From Minisyncoccota bacterium (lineage in GTDB: Bacteria; Patescibacteriota; Minisyncoccia; Phycocordibacterales; UBA9973), in contig JBDSNU010000018.1 of the NCBI GenBank assembly GCA_039915165.1, forward strand, positions 166,617 to 230,616: a stretch of DNA of 64,000 bases, read 5' to 3'. A model generated the notes under the pieces. The model saw only the letters and a program-made list of their open reading frames with translations. It had not been told where the DNA came from and made no database searches. Below, in pieces: positions 31,388 through 40,519 of this stretch; position 1 is the stretch's first letter; every line of letters starts with the position of its first letter. The translations under genes and the position numbers were made by a program.

Positions 31388-32776
31388 ATGAGCATCATAA
31401 AGGCCTCCGACAAACAAATACTTGAAAAGCTCTTTAAGATGGAAGAGGGATATGTACTTGGCTTTTCAGACAAAAAAATGGCTCAATTCTTTGAGGATGA
31501 GTATAAGATTGCCGTATATGATGAAAAATATAATTTTGATTTTTCTAGCAAGTCAAAGGCAAATCGTCTACGAGGCATATGGAAAAAAGAAGATGATAAA
31601 ACCGTAGGTGCTATTATTTTATCCCTTGTAGGGTGCGCGGAGAGCGACTTGTTAACAAAGGGAGGAGGAATACCGTCTTCTGAGAAAGATCTAATTAACA
31701 AAGCTCGAGACATTGGGCTCACCATGCTGTTCTCTGAATTTTCAGAAGATTCTCGACCAGAAGTTCAGGCAATGAAAAACAAGTCTCAACTCATAAAAGA
31801 GTTCAATGCCACCGATTTCAAGTCATTGGAGACAGATGAAAGAATATATCTACTTAAGGTTTTTTATTCATACTATGAGGCAATAGTTGCCGCCTATTAC
31901 GGCTCTGGTCTATTTTTTGTGAGTTCAGGCATTGATAACCTTAATGATTATTTCAAGATATTAAGAAAAAGACTGTGTGAACTGGTTGATATGGATGACA
32001 CTTTTTCAGAGATAAAAAATGGCCGATTTTATGAAGAGGTAATTGATCCTATGACCAGCCTCTATTCCAGTGCTGAATTTTTAGATGTTACATGGGATAT
32101 TATGTATCCCGCAATCATCAATTTACGAGAAGAAATAGCCGACAAGGATCTATTTGAAAATAATTCTGAAATACATAAAGTTGGTTCGGGGATTTCCAAT
32201 TTTTTGAATGAAATATCAAAAGAAATTGATACCTTAAAAAAGTATTTAAATCAAAAAACCAAGAATTTTTATGAAAAAGAAATGCCGAATACGAAGGAGC
32301 AATTTGATAACTCTTCCAATTCTAAGGATGGACAGGTCGTAAGGCATGAAGTCAAACATTTTTTTGAAAATAGCATTCAGGAAAAACCGATTGACTTACA
32401 TCATAAGCATGACAATGATACTGGTAAGAAGTCATTTTATATTACAAAAAAGGGCGACGATTTTTTCTATAAAGGTCAGTACCTGAGCCTTTCAAAAACA
32501 GCCCTTTACTACACAATCTTTTGCGCTCTTTATGCCAAACTTCCAGAGGGCGGTGAAATTACCTATGATGCCATGGGTAATGAGATCAAGAGCCGCTTGC
32601 CACTAACCAAAGGTAAAAGCTCGGAAGATATGCGGAAGTACATTCAGGACAACCTTACTGGCAATAGTAATGGATTTATGAGATATGCGAAGATACCTGA
32701 AAATGAAGATAATGGAAGACCATTAATAGAAATAGTTCGAGGTAAGGGCATTATATTTAACAACAAAAAAGGATAA
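31388..32776 (+). CDS. hypothetical protein (462 aa, cytoplasmic)
   Basis: long ORF, no recognisable motif; first unit of repeat-delimited array. Confidence 0.4.
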   Translation: MSIIKASDKQILEKLFKMEEGYVLGFSDKKMAQFFEDEYKIAVYDEKYNFDFSSKSKANRLRGIWKKEDDKTVGAIILSLVGCAESDLLTKGGGIPSSEKDLINKARDIGLTMLFSEFSEDSRPEVQAMKNKSQLIKEFNATDFKSLETDERIYLLKVFYSYYEAIVAAYYGSGLFFVSSGIDNLNDYFKILRKRLCELVDMDDTFSEIKNGRFYEEVIDPMTSLYSSAEFLDVTWDIMYPAIINLREEIADKDLFENNSEIHKVGSGISNFLNEISKEIDTLKKYLNQKTKNFYEKEMPNTKEQFDNSSNSKDGQVVRHEVKHFFENSIQEKPIDLHHKHDNDTGKKSFYITKKGDDFFYKGQYLSLSKTALYYTIFCALYAKLPEGGEITYDAMGNEIKSRLPLTKGKSSEDMRKYIQDNLTGNSNGFMRYAKIPENEDNGRPLIEIVRGKGIIFNNKKG

Positions 32777-32834
32777 TTTAGGACAGAGCTCAAGAAACAC
32801 TGGTGTGGTAATCAATAACTGCAGTTCTCACTTC

Positions 32835-32887
32835 GTCCACCAGTCCGCGCAACGAAAAAGAACCCTAGAAATAGGGTTCTTTTTCTG
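32835..32887 (+). repeat. intergenic repeat copy C (diverged) with terminator hairpin gaaccctagaaatagggttc + T-tract
   Basis: 'ccaccagtccgcgcaacgaaaaag' + hairpin matches copies A/B; hairpin identical to copy A except one base. Confidence 0.6.
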
Positions 32888-32923
32888 TAGGTAAAGCGGA
32901 ATTTGAACTGGTATACTGTGCTT

Positions 32924-33478
32924 ATGAAAAAAGTATTTATCATCCACGGTTTCGAAGGCAGTCCAAACGGCGCTTGGCGAGGATGGCTCATGTCTGAGCT
33001 TGAGAAGGATGATGTCTATGCTTGTGCATTACCTATGCCGAATCCTGAGGCACCGATCCAAAAGGAATGGGTTGATGAAATAGCGAGAGTTGTTGAGCAC
33101 AGCAAGGACGATGAATTGTATTTGGTAGGGCATAGCCTTGGATCAACCGCTATTTTGAGATACCTAGAAACAACAAAGATAATGTTTAGTGGAGTCATTC
33201 TTGTCTCTGCTCCTGTGCAAGAAACATTTAATAGAAAGATTGATAATTTCTTTCAAGTTTCATTTGACTATGAAGCTATCAAGACGAAAGTAAAGAAGAA
33301 AGTGGTTATTCACGGAGGTAATGATCCATATGTGCTTATTGAAAAACATGGTGATGTTTTGGTAAAAGAGCTTGATGCAGAATATTTTGTTATAAAAGAG
33401 GGAGGGCACCTTAATGGTTCTGCCGGTTGGCATGCATTGCCCGAGTGTCTAGAAGCTCTTAATAGAATGCTGAAATAG
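32924..33478 (+). CDS. RBBP9/YdeN-family serine hydrolase (alpha/beta fold)
   Basis: 'VFIIHGFEGSPNGAW' and nucleophile elbow 'GHSLGS'. Confidence 0.65.
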   Translation: MKKVFIIHGFEGSPNGAWRGWLMSELEKDDVYACALPMPNPEAPIQKEWVDEIARVVEHSKDDELYLVGHSLGSTAILRYLETTKIMFSGVILVSAPVQETFNRKIDNFFQVSFDYEAIKTKVKKKVVIHGGNDPYVLIEKHGDVLVKELDAEYFVIKEGGHLNGSAGWHALPECLEALNRMLK

Positions 33479-34435
33479 ATGAGTAGTTTCATTGAAAACA
33501 CACAACGATCTGAAGCCATTGCACGCATAGTCAAAACCAAAGGCTTTGATAAAAAAGTCAGCGAACTGTCAATCGCTGTCATTGATCTAAAGAATCCATC
33601 AGAAATTTTTGGAGCAAACCTTGATGCTTTTATGTATCCGGCCAGCGTGTTTAAGATCTTCATTGGGGCTGAAGTACTCAGGCAAGTAGAAGAAGGAAAA
33701 CATACTCTTGCTCAAGAGATACTAGTAAAACTCTTGAACGAAATACCGAAAGAATTGAGGCTTTATCCTGATCCTCGAACAACCCTAAAGACTGGAGACA
33801 AGGTAGCGATTGATAAGTTGCTCTATCTCATGCTTGCCGTCAGCGACAATACCGCCTCGAACTGCCTGTATGAGCTGGTAGGGATGGAAAGTATAATTAA
33901 GAATATTGTTGAGCCGAATGGATGGCAAGGTACCGGGCTTACCCCGTACTTCATCGATCAGGTTAAACAGCATAAACCATATCGCCATACCGAGATGCTG
34001 CAGACGAATGCGCGGCACGTTGCCGAGTTCTTTGCATTGGTGGAGCAGGAAAAATTGATAAGCCCATTTGTTTCAAGAAAGTTGAAGGAATATATGCTTA
34101 AGTTTGACCGCACCTCAAGGCACGGATATTCCTATCCAGAATTTCTGCGCTACAGAAAGGGCGGCTACTTGGAAACAAATCTATATACTTCTTTTTACAG
34201 AAAGAGCGGGTTTGGCTTTGATATGGTAAAAGGATTCGGTGCGCTTGTTAAAAACATTGTTACCAAAGGATGGGCGTTCCAGCGGTACATGCATGATGCG
34301 GGCGTGATAGAAGGGAAGAACTCGAAATACGTTGCTGTAATCTTTACGCTCTCAAGGCAGATGAATCCTAGAAAGTTCTTTCAAATGAATGGGTTGGCAA
34401 AAGAACTATTTGAATATATGGAAGCTCAAAGTTAA
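33479..34435 (+). CDS. class A beta-lactamase-related serine hydrolase
   Basis: SxxK 'ASVFK', SDN 'VSDNTASN'; start codon overlaps upstream stop. Confidence 0.55.
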   Translation: MSSFIENTQRSEAIARIVKTKGFDKKVSELSIAVIDLKNPSEIFGANLDAFMYPASVFKIFIGAEVLRQVEEGKHTLAQEILVKLLNEIPKELRLYPDPRTTLKTGDKVAIDKLLYLMLAVSDNTASNCLYELVGMESIIKNIVEPNGWQGTGLTPYFIDQVKQHKPYRHTEMLQTNARHVAEFFALVEQEKLISPFVSRKLKEYMLKFDRTSRHGYSYPEFLRYRKGGYLETNLYTSFYRKSGFGFDMVKGFGALVKNIVTKGWAFQRYMHDAGVIEGKNSKYVAVIFTLSRQMNPRKFFQMNGLAKELFEYMEAQS

Positions 34436-34437
34436 TT

Positions 34438-34869
34438 ATGAAAACTATTTATAAAATCGCCAACTCAATTCGTCGTATCTATTGGTACATTTTCCGTCCG
34501 CATACCCAAGGCGTTAAATGCCTTATTGAATGCAATGGAGAATATCTATTAATTCAAACAAGTTATTCAGGAAAGTATTGGACGTTGGCCGGAGGGGGTG
34601 TGGGTAGAAACGAGGGTCCTGAAACTGCTGCAATTAGGGAAGTAAATGAGGAACTTGGAATTAAGGTTGGTTCTATAAAGCAGATCGGACAGTATGAAAG
34701 CACTATTGAATATAAGAAAGATACTGTTTATTTATTTCATGCCCAAGTTTCAAGTAAGGACTTTAACTCAAACAGCACGGAGGTTTCTGATGCTCGCTGG
34801 TTTTCTAAAAAAGAATTGCCCGAGAATCGCTCAAGGGCATTGAATGAGTCAATACTTAAACAGACTTAG
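34438..34869 (+). CDS. NUDIX hydrolase
   Basis: Nudix box 'GGGVGRNEGPETAAIREVNEELGI'. Confidence 0.85.
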   Translation: MKTIYKIANSIRRIYWYIFRPHTQGVKCLIECNGEYLLIQTSYSGKYWTLAGGGVGRNEGPETAAIREVNEELGIKVGSIKQIGQYESTIEYKKDTVYLFHAQVSSKDFNSNSTEVSDARWFSKKELPENRSRALNESILKQT

Positions 34870-34887
34870 AACTGATATAATGATCTC

Positions 34888-35430
34888 ATGAAAGAAATAA
34901 TTATTATAGGAACACTTCACCACGAATTTACCCCAAAGGCCGAGCTTGAGGAAATCATCAAGGGAATCAATCCGGACAAGGTTCTTGTCGAACTGTCTCC
35001 GGAGGAGTTGCTTCGGCCTCGAGAGGATTCTATCCGTGACGAGATGTTCTTCGCCCACGACTGGGCCGTTGAAAATGGTAAGCAGGTAGACGTATTCGAT
35101 ATCGAAAACCATACGCTTAAGGATGGCTTTACTGGAAGAGAGGTAGGTTTAATCCAGCTAGGTTCCGAGATGGGGGAATTACTGAAGGTGCATTCATGGA
35201 AAGAGCAGAACAGCGAGAATGCCTGGAAGACTCCAGAATATACTAAAGTAAATGATCTTATAATGGAAAAATACTTTAACAGTGAAAAGCTCGAGGAAAG
35301 GAATCAGACAATGCTGCAAAACATCAAGGACAAGGTCATCGAGGGAAAGAACCTTGTGATTGCAGGCACGGCGCACCTTACGTTTTTCAAGGAGCAGCTG
35401 CCGAACGCTATACTGCCGTTGAGGAAGTAG
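34888..35430 (+). CDS. TraB-family protein (short form)
   Basis: 'IIIGTLHH' and 'LVIAGTAHL' conserved TraB/GumN motifs. Confidence 0.55.
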   Translation: MKEIIIIGTLHHEFTPKAELEEIIKGINPDKVLVELSPEELLRPREDSIRDEMFFAHDWAVENGKQVDVFDIENHTLKDGFTGREVGLIQLGSEMGELLKVHSWKEQNSENAWKTPEYTKVNDLIMEKYFNSEKLEERNQTMLQNIKDKVIEGKNLVIAGTAHLTFFKEQLPNAILPLRK

Positions 35431-35433
35431 TTT

Positions 35434-35587
35434 TTAAATTCGGCACATATACAAACCCCTTATACTCCCGTATCCTAGTTCCAACTGCCTCCGCCAGGGC
35501 GCGCACATTGTCCGCCATAGTCACGTCTGACGTGACGAAGGACGAAGGAGGAACGAAAAAGAACCCTAGGAATAGGGTTCTTTTTCT
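35434..35587 (+). repeat. intergenic repeat copy A (with 44-nt insertion bearing palindrome gtcacgtctgacgtgac) + terminator hairpin gaaccctaggaatagggttc
   Basis: ~65-nt 5' module ~80% identical to copy B; shared 'ccagggcgcgca(a)cgaaaaa'+hairpin+TTTTTC. Confidence 0.7.
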
Positions 35588-35636
35588 ATTGGGTTAAGTA
35601 GACCCTTTTGACTTTCTGCAAAATTACTATAGTGTA

Positions 35637-36218
35637 ATGGAAATAAACAATTTCGTACAATTAAAAAATAATCTAATGACCGAACAAGACGTACTAACGC
35701 TTATTTCAAATGATCCATGGATGATGGAAGTGCTTCGCGCTGCGGAAACACTTCATTTACCACAATGGGCGATCGGTGCAGGATTTGTCCGTAATAAAGT
35801 CTGGAATGAATTATCTAGCTATTCTAATAGAGTTCATTCTACAGATATTGATCTCATCTATTTTGATCCTACAAATACTAACGAGGAAGTAGAAAAGGAT
35901 TATGACCGACTGCTAAGGGATATTATAAACGTAGAATGGTCTACGAAAAACCAAGCACGAATGTATTTAGTTGATAATGAAAAACCCTATTCTTCTACAG
36001 TAGATGCATTAGCTCACTGGCCTGAAACGGCTACCGCTATTGCTGTAACTATTGAAGATGGAACATTAAAACTTATTGCTTCTTATGGAATTCATGATCT
36101 TGTAAATCTTATTGTGCGACCGTGTCCAAAATTTAATAAGGGAATGGAGAGGGTAAAAGAACGAATGGAAAAGAAGAAGTGGCTTGAGCAATGGCCTGGT
36201 CTAACGTTAGAAAATTAA
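35637..36218 (+). CDS. uncharacterised nucleotidyltransferase-family protein (PF06042-like)
   Basis: 'WAIGAGFVRNKVWNELS' and 'DIDLIYFD' motifs. Confidence 0.4.
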   Translation: MEINNFVQLKNNLMTEQDVLTLISNDPWMMEVLRAAETLHLPQWAIGAGFVRNKVWNELSSYSNRVHSTDIDLIYFDPTNTNEEVEKDYDRLLRDIINVEWSTKNQARMYLVDNEKPYSSTVDALAHWPETATAIAVTIEDGTLKLIASYGIHDLVNLIVRPCPKFNKGMERVKERMEKKKWLEQWPGLTLEN

Positions 36219-36245
36219 ATCCTTACAATACTTTGTGAGGATTTT

Positions 36246-36353
36246 TTCAATTCTGGAACATATACAAAACCTCTATATTCCCTTATCCTAGTTCCAACAG
36301 CCTCTACCAGGGCGCGCAACGAAAAACACCCTTCAAATGAAGGGTGTTTTTCT
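36246..36353 (+). repeat. intergenic repeat copy B + terminator hairpin cacccttcaaatgaagggtg
   Basis: 'ttcaattctggaacatatacaaaacctctatattcccttatcctagttccaacagcctctaccagggcgcgcaacgaaaaa' + hairpin + TTTTTC. Confidence 0.7.
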
Positions 36354-36400
36354 ATGGTAAATGTTATAATTTAAGTAATTATTATTTAGCCTTTTATTTT

Positions 36401-37825
36401 ATGACTTCACCAGAAGGTTCCCATTCAGCCCAAGAAAATGCTCTCCCATATTCAGTAGAGAAAATTGAAGATTTGCAGCGTCCTGAAGTTGGGGTTAAAT
36501 CCAATCAGCTGCTCATTAATGGCGAAGTGCTTGGTGGATATAAACATGTGAGTGATGTCAGTCCTCAAAAAAATAATTCAGATTTAGTGTATTTTAATGC
36601 AGTGAAAGAAGGGGAAGAAAGTAGTTATAACACTGGACGTATCATCGACATTAACAACCCCGAAAAAGAATTAGTAACTATTACAGCTTCTGACAATAGA
36701 AACTATAGAGATAGTAAAAAATTTTTTGTTAATGGTAACGAGTGGAATTCATTGCAAGGCAAAAATATATACTTTAGTGGCTATCACGTTGAGCATGATC
36801 CCATTGGTAATAAAACAGTATTTAGAGCACACAAAGATCATGCTATAAACGGTTCCAAAGCAGCAGTAATAGTTAACAACCGTGAATGGAATACTGGCTT
36901 TAGTGAGATTCAAAAAGCCACCAGTGAATATGGTACAGCCTATGCTTTGGCTGATGGCAGATTGGTTATTGAAGATAAAGAATGGTTGTATCCAAAATAT
37001 TCTGAACAGCAGAAAAAAGATAATTACAGTCTCAACTGGAATGGGTTAGACACAATATCTGAGGCCCGAATTGGTAAAAACGGTGAAGTTGCAGCAGCAC
37101 TGTATACCACTCGAGGTGAAGGTCGTGATGGTATTGGTAGCTATATTATCACTGGAGATACACAAGGTGCACGCAACGAATGGAAGCACCCATTACAATT
37201 TGTAAAAGATATTGCTATTGATGAAGTAACAGGAATGGTTGCTGCATATGGTTCAAAATTTGGTGCTCGTAATAAGACAGAAATTATTATTAATGATATT
37301 CCTTATACAGTTGAAGATGCTCCGGAAAAATTAAACTATTTTACATTCAAAGACGGCGCACTTGTTATTGAATATACAGATGCATTAGGTCAAAAGGTCG
37401 CAGAAAAAATTACTCTCAATGAGCAATCTGGTGAATTACAAATAATGAAAGAGGGGAAGGATAGTGAAGAAAAAGCTTTGTATGAATTACGTAAAATGTT
37501 AGCAGAGCAAAACATTCCTATTTCAGAAATCATGTCACGATTGAACACCGCCACTCTTTTGGAAGAACAGCAAAAAAATAATAAAAATTTAGCTAATAAT
37601 TTTGATACCGTACACAGTCAAAAAGCGACCCTAGAAATTGAATTGCAAAAACAACAAGCACTTATTGCTGAAAAAGACGCAAGAATAATAAGCCTAGAAC
37701 AAGATAAGGCAAAAGCTGAAGACAGAATTAATACCATTAAGGCATCAATCAGTGCGGCTGACTCTGCAATGATGGGTGGATATAAGATCTCAAAAGAAGT
37801 AAGAAATAATATTCTGAATACTTAA
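36401..37825 (+). CDS. hypothetical protein with C-terminal coiled coil
   Basis: ORF frame opens with GTG inside upstream terminator; first ATG at 36401; last ~100 aa heptad-rich. Confidence 0.4.
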   Translation: MTSPEGSHSAQENALPYSVEKIEDLQRPEVGVKSNQLLINGEVLGGYKHVSDVSPQKNNSDLVYFNAVKEGEESSYNTGRIIDINNPEKELVTITASDNRNYRDSKKFFVNGNEWNSLQGKNIYFSGYHVEHDPIGNKTVFRAHKDHAINGSKAAVIVNNREWNTGFSEIQKATSEYGTAYALADGRLVIEDKEWLYPKYSEQQKKDNYSLNWNGLDTISEARIGKNGEVAAALYTTRGEGRDGIGSYIITGDTQGARNEWKHPLQFVKDIAIDEVTGMVAAYGSKFGARNKTEIIINDIPYTVEDAPEKLNYFTFKDGALVIEYTDALGQKVAEKITLNEQSGELQIMKEGKDSEEKALYELRKMLAEQNIPISEIMSRLNTATLLEEQQKNNKNLANNFDTVHSQKATLEIELQKQQALIAEKDARIISLEQDKAKAEDRINTIKASISAADSAMMGGYKISKEVRNNILNT

Positions 37826-37873
37826 GGATGCAATAATCCTTCCCAAAACTTTTTAAAAGCGTATAGTTTTCAT

Positions 37874-38599
37874 ATGAATAAAATAATTTTAATCGTACTC
37901 GCTATTCTCATTATCGGAACTGGAGCGTATCTTGTTACAAAAAATGACACCATGGATACAGTACCTGCAGCCACTATTGTAGATACTACGCCAGTACCTG
38001 TTACTCCAATTGAGAATCCTACTCCAGCCACGACCGATACCACGCCTTCAGTGTCTTGGTTAACATACACAAACGCTGATTACGGTTTCAGTTTTCAATA
38101 TCCAAGTACCTGGAAATTATCTGAAGATAAAACAAAGAAAAGTGTAACAATCAAAACTGTAGAATATAGCGCTGCTGTTGAAAAAAATGATATTGATTAC
38201 GAATCAATTACATTCCAAGCAACAACAAAAGCATTCTTCACTCCCCACCTCGGTACAAAGTACGGAGAAATTGCATATGATGACAAGCAGGGAGCAATCG
38301 TAGATGTGTCATCATCTCCAGTTCGTTGTCTCGACACTTCAACATTGTTAAGCGGTCTCCATCAGATTACTACTGCAATCAAAACAATTCCTTATTCAGG
38401 TAGTTTAATGGCAACGCCAGCATATAGTGATGCAGCAATCTTAACAAAGAACGGTAGCATTATTATTGTTACAGAAAATAATGAACCAAGCACAAAGACC
38501 ACTGCCTCAAATCTGATCACTGCAAATGTAAAAACAATTGCGAATTCATTTACATTGCTTGGTGGTAATACGGTAGTAACCCCTGCGTGCTCGAAGTAA
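37874..38599 (+). CDS. secreted hypothetical protein
   Basis: N-terminal TM 'IILIVLAILIIGTGAYLV', Thr/Pro linker. Confidence 0.4.
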   Translation: MNKIILIVLAILIIGTGAYLVTKNDTMDTVPAATIVDTTPVPVTPIENPTPATTDTTPSVSWLTYTNADYGFSFQYPSTWKLSEDKTKKSVTIKTVEYSAAVEKNDIDYESITFQATTKAFFTPHLGTKYGEIAYDDKQGAIVDVSSSPVRCLDTSTLLSGLHQITTAIKTIPYSGSLMATPAYSDAAILTKNGSIIIVTENNEPSTKTTASNLITANVKTIANSFTLLGGNTVVTPACSK

Positions 38600-38637
38600 A
38601 AAGTGATATAATAGAAGTATTAGCAGATAACTAATTA

Positions 38638-38892
38638 ATGTATATGTATTACGGATATTTTGACCTCGTTGATTCTATGTACCACATCTTGGGATGGGTA
38701 TTGTTTATTATGTTTATCGTGTGGATTGTTCGCGGAGCTCGCGGACGTCACCATAGTAGATGGTGTGATGGCACAAGCTGTAACCACCCAGTACATGGCA
38801 ATACTCGTGCTATTGATCTCTTGAAGGAACGCTATGCAAAAGGGGAGATTGATACTAAGGAATTCGAAGAAAAAAAGAAAAATTTGATGTAA
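38638..38892 (+). CDS. SHOCT-domain small membrane protein
   Basis: TM then 'IDLLKERYAKGEIDTKEFEEKKKNL'. Confidence 0.55.
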   Translation: MYMYYGYFDLVDSMYHILGWVLFIMFIVWIVRGARGRHHSRWCDGTSCNHPVHGNTRAIDLLKERYAKGEIDTKEFEEKKKNLM

Positions 38893-38910
38893 TATCAGTT
38901 TTTCTGTAAA

Positions 38911-38945
38911 AAGTCGTCTCAATACTGTGAGGCGGCTTTTTGTTT
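38911..38945 (+). terminator. rho-independent terminator
   Basis: imperfect hairpin gtcgtctca-N6-tgaggcggc + TTTTTGTTTT. Confidence 0.5.
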
Positions 38946-38962
38946 TGAAATCACCAATAAGG

Positions 38963-38991
38963 TTGACAATTAAAAGCAATGGTGTTATCAT
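38963..38991 (+). promoter_or_regulatory. sigma70-like promoter (TTGACA-17-TATCAT) upstream of DEAD-box helicase
   Basis: consensus -35 with 17-nt spacer and near-consensus -10. Confidence 0.45.
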
Positions 38992-39074
38992 AGTGGTATT
39001 ACTATACGTATTGTGTTGATGGACTATTTCTGAAGTCTGAATGACACAGTAATAGAAAATAAATAACAATATAT

Positions 39075-40466
39075 ATGACAACGACTAGCGCTCCTCGGGG
39101 CAATAATTTTTCTCGTTCTGAGGGTTCTTCTTCAGGGCGTCGCAGTGAAGGGGGTTCATTCTCTCCTCGCTCAAACAGTAACGGTGGTGGATTTTCATCA
39201 CGACCTCGCTTCGGTGGAGGTGGCAATAGTGGCGGTAACGGCGGTGGATATCGCGGAGGCAACTCTTCTGGCGGTTTTAATAGAGGAGGTTCGAACACTT
39301 CGCCTCGCCGTAGTTTTAACGGAGGCGGGTCTTTTGGTGGCAACAAGCGTCGCTCATTTAAAGGCGACAACATCGACGAAACACGTTTCGTTAATCGCGC
39401 AGTAGATAACGTAGAAGAAGTTGCACACATTGCAAAACACACATTTGCTGACTTCGGTGTACACGAAATGCTTGCTAAGAACTTAGCAGCAAAAGGCTAT
39501 GTACAACCTTCACCAATTCAAGATCAGGCTATCCCTGTAGCATTGCAGGGTGGTGATGTGATTGGTATTGCAAACACTGGTACTGGTAAAACAGCAGCGT
39601 TTCTTATTCCTATCATCAACAAATTGGTAAGTGATAAGAACCACAAAGTAATGGTACTTACTCCTACTCGTGAACTAGCACAACAGATCGAAACAGAATT
39701 TCGTTCTATGACTGTTGGTATGCGTCTATGGTCAGTATCTGCAGTTGGTGGACTTCCTATCATGCGCCAGATCCGTTCATTGGAAATGGGTGTGCATATC
39801 GTGATCGGTACACCTGGACGTGTGAAAGATCTTATTGCTCGCAATAAAATCAACATGGCTCAGTACAGTACTATCGTTCTTGATGAAGCTGACCGTATGA
39901 TGGATATGGGATTCATTGATGACATGCGCATGATCCTTGGTGGTATGCCAAAAGATCGTCAGAGTCTTTTCTTCTCTGCAACATTCTCTCCAGAAATCCG
40001 TACTCTTTGTAATGACTTTTTGAATAATCCTACAACTGTAGCAATCAAGACTCGTGATACTGCTTCAAACGTTGATCAGGATATCATCCGTGCTCACCCA
40101 GCTGATCGTGTTGAAAAACTTCATGACTTGCTTACTTTGCCAGAATTTACAAAAGTATTGATCTTCCGCGAAACAAAGCATCACACAGATGAACTTGCTC
40201 GTGAATTGAAAGATCGTGGGTTTGCAGTTTCTGCATTGCACGGCGACATGCGTTCTCGTGAACGTTCTCGTGCTGTGGAAGCATTGTCAAAAGGACAGAT
40301 CCAAGCAGTGATCGCAACTGACGTTGCAGCTCGTGGTATTGATATCCCAGATATCTCTCACGTGATCAACTTCGATACACCTTCAACATACGACACCTAT
40401 GTTCACCGAATCGGCCGTACTGGTCGTGGTAACAAAAAGGGTATTGCGCTAACATTCGTTCGCTAA
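39075..40466 (+). CDS. DEAD-box ATP-dependent RNA helicase with N-terminal Gly/Ser/Arg-rich tail
   Basis: Q-motif, 'ANTGTGKTAAF', 'VLDEADRM', 'SAT', 'HRIGRTGRG'. Confidence 0.9.
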   Translation: MTTTSAPRGNNFSRSEGSSSGRRSEGGSFSPRSNSNGGGFSSRPRFGGGGNSGGNGGGYRGGNSSGGFNRGGSNTSPRRSFNGGGSFGGNKRRSFKGDNIDETRFVNRAVDNVEEVAHIAKHTFADFGVHEMLAKNLAAKGYVQPSPIQDQAIPVALQGGDVIGIANTGTGKTAAFLIPIINKLVSDKNHKVMVLTPTRELAQQIETEFRSMTVGMRLWSVSAVGGLPIMRQIRSLEMGVHIVIGTPGRVKDLIARNKINMAQYSTIVLDEADRMMDMGFIDDMRMILGGMPKDRQSLFFSATFSPEIRTLCNDFLNNPTTVAIKTRDTASNVDQDIIRAHPADRVEKLHDLLTLPEFTKVLIFRETKHHTDELARELKDRGFAVSALHGDMRSRERSRAVEALSKGQIQAVIATDVAARGIDIPDISHVINFDTPSTYDTYVHRIGRTGRGNKKGIALTFVR

Positions 40467-40475
40467 TACAAATAG

Positions 40476-40508
40476 AAAACACTCCGGATACTGTCCGGGG
40501 TGTTTTTG
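40476..40508 (+). terminator. rho-independent terminator
   Basis: hairpin cactccgga-tactg-tccggggtg + TTTTTGT. Confidence 0.7.
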
Positions 40509-40519
40509 TATGGAACAAT

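Noticed and set aside
32835-36353. Classifying the intergenic repeats as integron attC sites
   Set aside because: I could not identify the R''/R' core sites (RYYYAAC ... GTTRRRY) or the imperfect inverted-repeat architecture. The integrase is separated from the array by four minus-strand genes. The repeats are reported only as an uncharacterised family.
36344-36400. GTG start of the 493-aa ORF given in the ORF track
   Set aside because: The GTG lies inside the upstream terminator hairpin of repeat B. The first in-frame ATG (36401) was used instead.
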